DNA of 64,000 nucleotides from Octopus vulgaris (lineage: Eukaryota): NCBI GenBank assembly GCA_951406725.2, contig OX597818.1, forward strand, positions 85,312,001-85,376,000, given 5' to 3'. Positions within the stretch are counted from its first letter, which is position 1, and every line of letters starts with the position of its first letter. Positions 10,861 to 23,028 of the stretch are shown piece by piece. The notes below the pieces were generated by a model, which saw nothing but the letters and a program-made list of their open reading frames with translations, was not told where the DNA came from and did not search any database. Position numbers and translations under genes: made by a program.

Positions 10861-12205
10861 AGCCGGCTCTTCAACATTGCCTTAGTCATATCGTTAAAAC
10901 AAAGAATAATCTGTGTGTGTGTGTGTGTTTGTATATATCTCTGTTTCTCTCTTTCCCTCTCTCTGCTTTTGTGTTTGTGTATGTTTTTGCATATATCTGC
11001 ATGTGTGACTGCACATGGCATGTCTATACATGTGGCTGTGTGTGTTAGTGTCCTAGACAGACGTACATGTTCCTTTAATGTTAGGCCCACCCATTCCTGC
11101 TGTCTCCTGCTCTTCCCACTACCCCTACCCGGTCCTCCTGTTCCCTGCTCCATACCGGCAAACACAAATAAGACCCTAATTCCAAAGAATGTTCTGCCTT
11201 TCCAGCTAAGTTATTACAGCTTAAAGCAGGCGCAGTATTGCATGTTCGATGAAACGGAACCAATTGCGTGAGGAGTGAAAGAGGAGGGAAGAGGTAAAGG
11301 GAGGTGAAAATATAGAGAACTGGGAGTGGGTGGAAGAGAGAGAGAGAGAGAGATGATGATGATGATTGTTTTTTTTCCCTTAATGGGGAAGGAGAAGCAA
11401 GGAGAGAGATTGAGAATTCTCTGTAAGGAAAAGAAGCTAGAACATCATAATAATAATGATGGTGGTGGTGGTGGAGGTTTGTTTTCTTTTTTCATTGGCA
11501 TGAGACTTTGGATTCATAAATAGGTTTGGGGTGGCGTTGGGATGGCATATTGGTCATCATCAGCATCATCATCATCATTGCCGGAAACAATAATAACAGC
11601 AGCAACTGAAGGATGAAGACTAAATCCTTATTTCTTTTCCATGATTTATAGACTTGAGCAAGTTCCTCTGATTTGAAGTATTTTGACAGCAGCTCTGCAC
11701 CAAATTTCATGCTTGGTTATAAATACGCACGCACACGCGTGTGTGTATGCTTGTATGAATGTATGCATGTGGGTTTATGCGTGTGTATATAAATAAATGG
11801 AATAACATTACTAATGATAATAATAATAGCAATAATCATGTTGATAATAGTGGTGTTGATAATGATAGTAATGAAAGAGATACTACTACTAATAATAATA
11901 ATACAATAAAAGAAATTTAAAACATATAAATAGCTGTGACTAACAACATATTAATTTGTTAGGATGGGTGTAGATGGTGGTGGTGGTGGTGGTGGTGGTG
12001 GTGGCGGTCGGTGATAAGTGCAATGAATAAGAAATAAATCCCCTTAAGTCTTTGTGGCTATCATCATCATCATCATCATTGTTGTCATTAGCTCCTGTTC
12101 TTGTATGCATGCATTAAAAATTTTTCGTTTTTTAGTTTTATGCAATGACTTATCTTTCTTAATTACTGCTCAGACAAACTGTTAGGAAGACCTCACTGTA
12201 TGTTG

Positions 12206-12264
<59 letters not shown>

Positions 12265-12266
<2 letters not shown>

Positions 12267-13180
12267 GATGGTGAGCTGGCTAAGTCATTAGCACACAGGC
12301 TAAATGCTTAGTTGCATTTCATCCTTCTTTATAGTCTGTGTTCAAATTCTGCCATGCTTTACTTTACCTCTCATCCTTTCAGGCAGCAAGCTGGCAGAAT
12401 AATTAGCACGCTGAATGAAATGCTTGGCGGTATTTTGCTCATGGCTATGTTCCAAGTTCAAATTCCGCTGAGGTCAACTTTGCTTTTCATTCTTTCTGGG
12501 TTGATAAATCAAGTACCAGTGAAACGCTGGGGGTCAATGTAATTGGCAGTCCCCTTCCCACAAAATTTCAGGCCTTGTGCCTTTAGTAGAAAGGATTGTT
12601 GTTATTATTATTATTATGAAGGCAGTTTGCTGGCAGAATCGTTATCATGCCACGTAAGATGCTTAGCAGTATTCCTCATCTATTTATGCCCAGAGTTCAA
12701 ATTCTGTTCAAGTCAACTTTGCCTTTCATCCTTTTGGAGTTGATAGAATAAGTACCAGTTAAGCACTGGGATCAATGTAATCAACTAGCCTCCCACTACC
12801 ATAAATTTTCAGACCTTGTGCCTATAACAGAAAGGATTATTATTATTAAGGTGGCGAGCTGGCAGAATCATTAGTGTACCGGATTAAAATACTTAGCAGT
12901 ATTTTTGTCCATTGCTACACTCTGAGTCAAAATTCCACCAAGGTCGACTTTGCCTTTCATCCTTTCAGGGTCAATAAATTAAGTACCAGTGAAACATTAG
13001 GGTTGATGTAAATGACTTATCCCCTCCCCCAAAAAATTGCTGCCCTTGTGGCAAAATTTGAAATTATTATTATTAGGCGGCAAGCTAGCAGAATTGTTAG
13101 CACAGCAGCCAAAATACTTTGCAGCTTTTCTTCCCACCCCATAAAATATCAGACCTTGTGCCTATAGGAGAAAAGATTAT
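12265..13180 (+). mobile_element. Head-to-tail array of five SINE family 3 copies ((ATT)n tails; Meta-domain-like centre)
   Basis: Units start at about 12265, 12381, 12618, 12848 and 13075 with aaggyggcgagctggcagaatc. B-box gagttcaaattc, central gtcgactttgcctttcatcctttc...aagtacca, separated by (att)n. Confidence 0.8.
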
Positions 13181-13481
13181 TCATCATCACCATCATCATC
13201 ATAGCAATAATAAGCAATACTCTATAATAATAAGAGTGTGTTTGTGTCCGCTGGCATGTACAAAAAAATATGTTATTGTGCAGCCAGAATGATGATTATT
13301 AATAAAAGAAAGACAGAGTGGGGAAAAAAATAGAAGGGGCTTGGTCTTGGAATTTCTTTAATAACCTTCCCTCTAAGAATGGGACATTGTGGCAGTGGTG
13401 ATGGTGGTGGTAGAGTGGTTTGAAAGAAATAAGCATAAAACTGGGTTGTAGCATGCATGTAAAAGGGAAAATAATAATAAT

Positions 13482-13516
<35 letters not shown>

Positions 13517-13659
13517 TAATAATATTCACAAATTGTTAATAAGATATTGGTGGTGAGATTGATTAAGCCAGTGTAAATTGTTTGTACATGTTTGAGGGTT
13601 ATTCCGTTACGGGGCTTGAAATAACTATCACTAATAATAATGTCTTTGTTGGCAGAGGC

Positions 13660-14131
13660 ATCGTTGTCATTGTCATCATCATCATTATTATTATTACCAT
13701 CATCGTCATAGTCATCTCTACTGCCAGCGATTATCGTCATTGTTATCATTATCATTGCTGCCATCCTCCTCCCCATTATTACAATTACTATCATCATCAT
13801 CATCATCACCATCACCACTACTACTATCATCATCTTCATCACCATTATCATCACCACCATCACCATCATCATCACCACCACCATCATCACCACCACCATC
13901 ACTACCACTACCACTGTCACCACCACCATCCCTATCATCATCACTACCACCACCACCATTATCAACGTCACCACTACTACCATTATTATCAACACCATCA
14001 TCCCCATCACCACCACCACCACCATTATCAATAACACCTTCCACCATTATCAATGTCACCATTATCATCAACACCTTCACTACCATTATCATCACCATCA
14101 CCACCACTACCTACTACTACTACTACTACTA
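13660..14131. repeat. Compound (CAT/CAC/TAC)n trinucleotide tract
   Basis: Read directly. It produces the poly-H, poly-S/P, poly-V/M and poly-D/G artefact ORFs. Confidence 0.9.
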
Positions 14132-14149
14132 CAAGCAAATTGCATTATC

Positions 14150-14767
14150 ATATTTATTTTGAGATGCTCTGTATTTCTTTCAATAACTTTAACTATAACA
14201 AAGAATTTAGTAAAATAACTTAGTTATCATTAAACTAGTGTTAGGAACATAAATTGTGACTAAGGTTTGGTGGAAGATTTTAATTCAAAACTTATGAAAA
14301 CAAGACATTTATACTACAGAGCCTGAGGCAGTTTCAGCCAGGTTGGTAAGGAAAGGGTTAACCCTTTTGTTACCACATTTCTGATCACTTTAACCCTTTT
14401 GTTACCATATTTTTGTTGAAATATATTGTCTTGGCTTTGATTAATTTTAAAAATATAAGGAATGTAACAAAATAACTTTGTCATTATTAAGCTAGTATTT
14501 GGAACATAAATTAACATGAAATTTTAATGGAAGGTTACCATATCTCTGATATACTCTGATATACACTGACTTTAGTTCAATTGATTTTGAAAATAAGAAG
14601 ATTTGATTTTGAAAATAATTTGAAGAAATTAGATAAATAAACTTGTCGATTTAAAACTGATGTTTGGAACATAAATAATATAAAATTTTGTTGAATTGCT
14701 TTAGAGTAGGAAGCTTTTATTATAAAACCAGAAATGGTTCCAAGCAGGTTGATATTAAAAGGGTTAA
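14150..14767. mobile_element. Cluster of piggyBac-type MITEs joined at TTAA sites
   Basis: aaagggTTAAcccttt junction at 14358-61, a second TTAAcccttt at 14390-93, and terminal aaagggTTAA at 14764-67. 14150-14361 is the reverse complement of 61453-61675. Confidence 0.7.
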
Positions 14768-15069
14768 GTTATGCTTAAAATATTAGTCTTGAACTGTATT
14801 AAAAGGATATTTGATGCTGGGATTGTTACATAATACCTTAGCTAATTAAGATTTCAAATACTCAGTATCATAAAGCAATGTGGGTGTTGATATATATATA
14901 TGTGTGTATGATATGTGTGTATGTATATATATATATATATCTTCATCATAGAAGCAAAAAGCATTTGAATGTTTTCCTGGGAGGTTTGTTGAGACAAATG
15001 TATTTATTAATACAGCTTCTCAATATTTGAAAATGTAGTATATATACATATATATATATATATACATAT

Positions 15070-15275
15070 AACGGGAAGCTTTATGAAAATAAACAAAAGA
15101 CGAAGGCAGGTGGAGTACAAACAAACAATTGTATTAGTATGGCGCTCAGGAATATAAATAAAACAAGTCTTTTACGTTTCGAGCCTATGCTCTTCAACAG
15201 AAAGATACACAGAAAAGAAACACAGAAAGAAACAAGGAGAGAAAAAAATGCGTGCAGAGGCTAGCGAATCAACAT
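15070..15275 (-). mobile_element. Penelope-like family A copy with hammerhead-like motif
   Basis: Homologous to 18-128 and 3238-3520. Abuts (TA)n at its left end. Confidence 0.6.
15168..15205 (-). ncRNA. Minimal type I hammerhead-like motif with variant core
   Basis: Minus strand reads UCUUU-CUGUUGA-A-GAGC(AUAG)GCUC-GAA-ACGU-A-AAAGA. Stem I is 5 bp, stem II is 4 bp, stem III is the loopless palindrome ACGU, and the triplet is GUA. The core has A6->U plus one extra A. Confidence 0.55.
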
Positions 15276-15518
15276 AATGCACATCTCATATTTGTTCCAA
15301 TATATTTGTATGTAAACTTCAATTTAGACATGCACATGTATTTATGAGAGAGAGAGAGAGCTTCTGGGAAATGGATGGATAATATAACTTTCTCTAAAGC
15401 TTGGTGTTTAATTTAAAAGACAATGTATTTTCATGGACTAGTGAGATATGCATTTGGTCTAACCCATCTCTGCAAAGGTATCATCAGTACCACTATCTCT
15501 TCAAGTGTGTGCATATCT

Positions 15519-15598
<80 letters not shown>

Positions 15599-16859
15599 AA
15601 GAGAGAAAAAGAGAGACCTAAAGTTTCTTTCATTTGAAGAACACTGGAGCTCTGCATTATCACAGTTTAGTAAACCACTGGAAATGTGTTTCAGTCACTT
15701 TGCTCATTTCACTGTCTCGTTCTTGTTACTTTGGAATGGTCTTAGCTCTTCCAATCCTTCTGCCTATCTCATCCTTCCTTTCCAGCCTTCCTTTCCTCCA
15801 TCCATCTATCCATCGTATTCTTTCATCCTTCTATCCATCCCTCTACCAGATCTACTATTTTCTCTTGACACCCTTTCTCCCCCAGCCCCATTACCATTCT
15901 CCTTTTTCTCTCTTTATTATGCTTTCCCTCTCTTAACCTAGTCTTTCATTCACTCAAACATCTTTAAAACAATAAAACCCAGCACCAATACCTACACCAC
16001 CACAGAAATACTCTCCTCCCATCACTCTTCTTCCTGGCCACTCTTTCTCTCTCTCTCTCTCTCACTTCACCACTGCACTCACATTCACACACACACACAT
16101 GTAGTGATTTGCTCATATACATTTCTCTGCCTTCAACTCTTTCTCCACTTTCCTGCTTTTTCCAACAAATTTTGCAACTCTTTATATGGATTAAAAGAGA
16201 TATTATCTTGAACCCGCGCCCACTCTTCCCAAACCAAAAAAGAATTTTAGTCTGATGATGATAACTTTCTGTCTGTCTATGTGTCTGCAACCCTGTCTGT
16301 CTGTCTGTCTATACGTCTGTGAGTCTGTCTGTCTGTGTGTTATGCATGTGATGTTGACAAGCCTGGATGTCAGCTGGAAGTTAGCTGTCTGCATGTTAGC
16401 CTTGATACATGGTATACATTGCTGTAGTCAGAATGTGTATGCACGTGAGTGTGTGTTGACAAGATTGTCATGGGTTTGGGTTTGTTGTTCAGGCTTGTTT
16501 GCTAAAGTTAAACTGTTTAGCATGACATCAGTGTGTACTAAGTGAAGGCTGCACCCCTACACTTTTATGCAAATGCACATGTAAATGTACTACGACACTT
16601 CAGCACACACAACTATACATACATAAAAACCACACAACACACATCTGAGAACACCACTGTGCATACATAAAAACAACTCGCACATGAACATTGTCACATA
16701 TATGTAAATACACAATTACACATATCACACATACAATACATTATCAAATAGTCATAAATGCACCACCATACATGCATAAGCGCAATACCATACACATTTA
16801 AGCATAGCACCTCATGCATAAACACAACACCACACATATATGTAAATATATCACTACAT

Positions 16860-17345
16860 ACATAAACATGACCCTACACATAAACACATTACTACAAATA
16901 CGTAAACGCATTACTTCACATATGTAAACACATGACTACACATATGTAAACACATGACTACACATATGTAAACACATTACTACACATATGTAAACACATT
17001 ACTACACATATGTAAACACATTACTACTCATATGTATACACATTACAACATATACGTAAACACAATCCCACACATGTAAACACTGTCCCACATATACATA
17101 AACATGATCCCACACATACATAAACACAATCCTACACATATACGAACACACAACCCTACACCTATACGAACACAACCCTACACCTATACAAACACAACCC
17201 TACACCTATACGAACACAAGCCTACACCTATACGAACACAACCCTACACCTATACGAACACAACCCTATACCTATACGAACACATCCCTACATATATACA
17301 AATACAACCTTACACATGCATAAACACTATCCTACACATGCATAA
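16860..17345. repeat. 22-bp minisatellite with two variant blocks
   Basis: cacatatgtaaacacat(g/t)acta units (about 16915-17045) grade into cacctatacgaacacaacccta units (about 17130-17290). Confidence 0.85.
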
Positions 17346-18250
17346 AGACTACTCCACATGTGTGTCAACACATCAACATGCACACTGCACTTTCCTGCAT
17401 ACAAATTGATGCAGTATATAGTGTATGTATGTAATGTAAACATTCAACCATCATCACTATCTTTTTAAATCCTGTTGCATTTCACATGGGATTTTTGGCC
17501 CTTCAAAGATGTCTTGGTGTATAATTCAACTACCTTTTTTTGGCTGTATAAACTTTGGTCTGAAAACTTCAACTTGTATGCTGGAAACTATGGTACATAA
17601 ACACATCACCCTATATACTTAAAACAACACAACACATATGAAACCTAAACATCTTCATGCATACTCAGAACAACACAACTCCACACAGACATGTGCATAA
17701 TGTCAAGAAATGTAAGCTTCTGTAAACCTTCTGATATCCATCAACGATGGCGTATGTCAAAGTAACAATGTGTTATTGGTGCGTTGCTCCTGATGGCACA
17801 GTAGGCAGTAGTGGTGGTGAGGAGATGGTTGTTTATGGATTATTTTGAAATATATTTTAAGTTCTTTGTAGAATTCTTGTTGGTTACTAACAAAGGTATG
17901 AAGTTATAGTTTTTTTCTTTAGTCAAGTCAGTTTCAGGGATCTCTGAATCTATTTGGTGTGTGTGGAAATTGTTGAGTGCAAATATACATACATACATAC
18001 ACATATAGACACACACACACACACATATATATATATGTGTTTATATATATATATACATACACACACACACATACATGTACAATCATAGGCATCAGTATGC
18101 ACATATATATATATAAATAAAGCAATAATAAATCTCTGAACGAGATATAAACAGTAACCGCTCAACAACGTAAGGTGTACTAGCCATCTGAATGTGGCTA
18201 GCCACTGGGGGTGGGGTGTTACTGATGCTTTTAGCCCCAGGCGATCAACG

Positions 18251-18291
<41 letters not shown>

Positions 18292-20004
18292 AACAAATGT
18301 GTATGTATATGCACACATACGAGGTCCTGGGAAAGTAAAAAGGCAGCTCTCAACCCAAGTTTTAGCCTACCTACTTATATTGAAATTCTTCAGGTGTAGA
18401 AATTTCTGGTTTCATGACAGTAAAAATGTAAATTTTGGTTCAGAATTTTTGTGGGAACTGGCATTCAAAGGAGAGTGGGTACAGAAACAATTGCAATTGA
18501 TCATTTTGGCAAAAAATCAGCAATTTTGAAGGAAAGCGTTAGTCAATTGCATCAACCCCAGTACTTGACTGATACTTTATTTTATCAACCTCCAAAAGGA
18601 GGAAAGGCAAAGTTGACCCTGGCAAGATTTGAACCCAAAATGTAACAAGCTGAAAGAAATGTTGCTGAGCATTTTGTCTGGAACACAGGCAGATGAAACT
18701 TCATAAATATCTGTTTACATGTTCACATGTAAACACGTTTATTATGCATGCATGGGCATGGGAAATGTATGAAATTAGATATGCATGATGACAATAATGC
18801 ATATCCAACTATAAAATTATACATCATATATTGATATACATTTATGTGTATATCACACACACATACACCTCAAAAATATACCATTTATGTTCATATATAT
18901 AAGCAAAGCCATTGTGGAAGCTTTATTAAGTATCTTGCTATCATTTTGTTCATTTGTGTGTATGTGTGTGGTATGTGTGTATCCTACACACAAAAATACA
19001 TTTACATTCTCAGACATATATATATATATATACATAGATATATATATGAATGGATGGTGTAATATATGTACACACATTTGTGCTGTTAATGTCTACTTAT
19101 ATAAAAGGTCAGTATCGTGACCTTTGTTTCACAGACCATAGCTGTCATAGCAACAAATTACTGTCATTTTTTAGGGGAACATAAACCTTGAGGTTGACAG
19201 TGGATCTGTATCTATTTAGACATTAATCTCTAGACCTCATCTGTGACAGTTTCACCCCAGGCTCTAAGCAATATCATAGGATTCCAATTAAATCAGTCCG
19301 ACCCCTAAATTTTTTTATTTCTCTTCTTGTCCTCAAATTGCTCACCTCATGCCACAGAGCATAGTAAAATTTCCTCCTGTATTATTTATTTCATAGTCGT
19401 TTCAACTTTGCCTGTCCATGGTTGGGAGGTAAATTATGTATCAGCAATGGTTGCATTGATAATGGTTCTAGATCCTGCCAACCACATCTTTCCTTTACAC
19501 ATTTGTATTCTTGTGACAATGCAAGCAGACATTCTTGTCCTTTTACTATTCTGAGTTCAAATTACACTAAGGTCAAATTCATTATTCATATTGTCATAGT
19601 TGACAAAATAAAATTTACCCAGTAACACTGCCACTCGTTATTAGACCATTATCATAACCACAGAAGATGTCTTCATGTATTACATGGTCCCCAAGCTATC
19701 CTGCTATCTAAACTGCAGTTAATGCTCCTAGTTCTCTGTCAGAAGAATTTTCATCATTTTACAGAATTTTGTTGCAATAATGGAAACATTCCAACTACGG
19801 TGCTTCTGTGAGCTGTGCCTTTACAAACAAAGCCTCCACTTTCTCTGCCCATTTTACATTCAACTCACTTGTTAAACCTTCTCTAGATTTACCCTCATTT
19901 TTTACACTAAAAGACAAAATAATAATATTGATGCAGTTCAACCAACTCTTTCTTGACTCATATGTAACTGTAAACTTTTATTAGAAATCAATAAAATGAT
20001 GATA

Positions 20005-21058
20005 ATAACGGTTTCAAATTTTTCCACAACGGCTGTCATTTCAAGGGAGGGGAATAGTCAGTTACATCCCAGTGTTTCACAGGTACTTAATTTGTCAACC
20101 CCAAATGGATGACAAGTAAAGTTGACTTCAGTGGAATTTGAACCCAGAATGTAATGACAGGTGAAATGCCGTTAAGCATTTTGCCTGGCATGCTAATGAT
20201 TCTGCCAGCTTGCTGCCTTAATAATGATGATGATGGCGGCGGTGGCAGTGACGACGACAATGATGATATCCCTGTGGCTGTAGGTGCATTAGGAACTATC
20301 CCTAAAGCTTTTGAATAGATTGATAAAGAAAATAAGCATAAAACATAGCGTAGTGCAGCTCCAGAAAACAAGGGACAGTTAGGATGTTTAAGAAGGTTTT
20401 TAGCATCTAAGATTACTTGTTGTACATATATGAAATAATAATAATAACAATAAAGTTTCAAATTTTGGCATAAGGTGAGCAGTTTAGGGAAGGTGTTAGT
20501 CAAGTACATCTACCCACCTTCCAGTGTTCATCTGGGACTTATTTTATTGACCCCAGCAAAGTCAACCTCTGTGGAATTTGAACTCAGAATGGAAAGATGG
20601 ATGAAATGCTTCTAAGCATATTGTTCACTGTGCAAACAATTCTGTCAGCTCCCTGCCTTAATCATAATAATCATAGTTATAATAATAATAATAATAATAA
20701 TCCTTTCTACTGTAGGCAAAGGCCTGAAATTTTAAGGTACAGGGTTAGTCGATTATATTAACCCCAGTGTGTAATTATTATTTCATCATCCCTGGAAGGA
20801 TGAAAAGCAACGTCAACCATAGTAGAATTTGAACTCAGAACATAAGGACATATGAAATGCCAGGAAGTGTTTTGCCTGGCATGCTAACATTTCTGCCAGC
20901 TTGCCACCTTTTAATAATAATAATAATCGTTTCTACTAAAGGCACAAGGCCTGAAATTTTGGGGGGAGGGGTTAAGTCGATTACATCGATCCCAATGTTT
21001 GACTGGTACTCAATTATCGACCCCAAAAGGATGAAAGGCAAAATCAACCTCAGTGGAA
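20005..21058 (-). mobile_element. Array of about four SINE family 3 copies on the minus strand in (AAT)n
   Basis: Reverse complements of the 12265 units, with heads near 20220, 20660 and 20910. Interleaved with a Dong-type fragment. Confidence 0.75.
20268..20452 (+). mobile_element. Second R4/Dong-type 3' fragment
   Basis: IPVAVGALGTIPKAF...SVVQLQKT...GTVRM/RRFL with frameshifts, ending in (TAA)n. Confidence 0.65.
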
Positions 21059-21675
21059 AATAATAATAATAATAATAATAATAAATATAAGTGCTAATAA
21101 AGTACTAAAGTTAATTTAATTAACTATACCATCTCCTCAAATTTTTGGCTGTGTACCTATGTTTTGAATAAACCCATGTAGGTGTTTCTACTCTTACCCT
21201 GATAATCTCTTGTTTTTCATTGACACTTATAAAATGGTATCCCATGCCAGTCTGACTTCCTTTCACAATGTTCTTTACCATTCTGCTCTACACAACAGTG
21301 TAGTAGGAGTGACATTTCACAAAAGACTCCATAATAATTCCTCTTGTTTGCAGTCAAAGTGATTTATTAGATTATTCTGTGAGGAAATCTTTAGCATTCC
21401 CACCTGTCAGACTGTCTGTTTATATGTATGTCTGTGTTTACAGCAATTCCATGGACATGCATATTATAAACAGAAGGGGAGACCGAGAGAGAGAGAGAGA
21501 GAGAATCTTTGATTCTTTCTCTTTCTTTCTCTTCATCCCTCTTTCTGTACCCATTTATCTTTCCATTTCCATCTATCTGTTTACCAATCTTTACCTGCGT
21601 TTATCCAGCTTCCTTCCCCACTTTCTCTCTATCTCCATTTTTCCAAATCTGTCTGTACTTTTCTTCTACTATTTG

Positions 21676-21751
<76 letters not shown>

Positions 21752-21777
21752 CATCTTTCCAAACCTGTCTCTCTGTC

Positions 21778-21888
21778 TCCTCCAACAGCCTGTTTTCTAT
21801 TCTCTCTCCCTCTGCTTTCTCTCTTTCTCTCTCTCAGATAAACAAATCTTGAATTTTCCTTGTTTTCACTCTTAAAAATAAGTGTATG

Positions 21889-21936
<48 letters not shown>

Positions 21937-21976
21937 CACTTATTTTATATATATCTGTTTTTCCTCCAACAGCCTG

Positions 21977-22022
<46 letters not shown>

Positions 22023-22065
22023 AACATATCTTGAATTTTCCTTGTTTTCACTCTTAAAAATAAGT
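21778..22065. repeat. Local tandem duplication (about 184-bp period)
   Basis: tcctccaacagcctg-(CT-rich)-gataaacawatcttgaattttccttgttttcactcttaaaaataagt occurs at 21778-21883 and 21962-22065. Confidence 0.8.
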
Positions 22066-22549
22066 AAATATATATATAAATAGATGAATATCTTTGTTGA
22101 ACTTAAGAAACTGGTATGTGGTGAGAAGGATATGGATTCAAGTGAAAGTTAAGAAACTTGGAAACTCTTCTACAGCAACTCTTTCCCCTCTCCTCCCAAC
22201 CCTAACTCTCTCTTGTGATCTCAATCTTTACCCTTCCCCACCTCTTTATCCATAAGCATCTGGGGACACATTGTAGTAATAATAAAAAACAAAAGATACA
22301 CCATCAGATTAATTTACAACTTTCAGCAATGTTGCACAAAACACAGGGGATTTTCATTCTCCAACACAGCACACATTCTAAAATATTTCAGTTTAACCCA
22401 CCCACCCCGTTCACCATTGGTGGTAGTGTTGGCGACGATGGTGATGACAGTGTTTAAAACGGGTAGTTGGTTAGTGCTGCTGTTGAAATTCTGATTTGAT
22501 ACAGTGAGGTTATATTCACGCCCACTTAAACATGGATGTTGTGTTTGTG

Positions 22550-22760
22550 CAGTGGTTCTCAAACAAGGTCCAACATGACCCCTGAGGGTGCATATAAGAT
22601 TTTGGGGGTGTCCACATAACAAAATAGTAAATTGGGAGCCCTTAAAATACAATAGTATTTTGAGGGTCCTTGAAGAAATTTTGCTTTGGATATATGTATT
22701 GGTATGTATTACAAGAAACATCTAGGTTTCTTTCTCTCACATTTGACATAGTTCAACCTT
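22550..22760. mobile_element. hAT-like MITE fragment
   Basis: Left end CAGTGGTTCTCAA is typical of hAT/Charlie elements. The right end was not identified. Confidence 0.4.
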
Positions 22761-22769
22761 GAAAAGAAG

Positions 22770-22977
22770 TGACAGAGCCAGTATAAATACCAAGAAGTAA
22801 TATTTATCCCCACTTAAATATGGATGTTTTATTAGAACACACTATACTGCAGTAAATACCATGAGAGAAACTCTCATATTGGCTTTAGGTGCACAATGCA
22901 CTCTTTATATTTCTTCCACAAGCATGTGTTTAAGTAGAGATAAATATTATCTCTTAGTATTAATATTGCCTCTGTCA
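22770..22977. repeat. Diverged fold-back element (about 50-bp inverted arms)
   Basis: tgacagagccagtataaataccaagaagtaatatttatccccacttaaa versus the reverse complement of 22925-22977. Abuts (TA)n. A partial third copy lies near 22505-22540. Confidence 0.55.
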
Positions 22978-22979
22978 TT

Positions 22980-23028
<49 letters not shown>

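Noticed and set aside
13483-14162. Long ORFs in four frames (poly-His, poly-Ser/Pro, poly-Val/Met, poly-Asp/Gly)
   Set aside because: Translations of trinucleotide microsatellite. The same applies to the many YI/CV/HT/ER/SL-repeat ORFs across the window.
16860-17345. Regular repeats resembling a CRISPR array (also 41095-41815)
   Set aside because: Contiguous tandem units without unique spacers, eukaryotic context and no cas genes.
18318-18530. Possible mariner-like left end (tacgagg...); similar isolated TIR-like starts near 35592 and 38030
   Set aside because: No matching opposite TIR or transposase remnant was found.
19690-19915. Possible third R4/Dong fragment on the minus strand
   Set aside because: Only a faint QL-QK-like trace that requires frameshifts; too decayed to support by eye.
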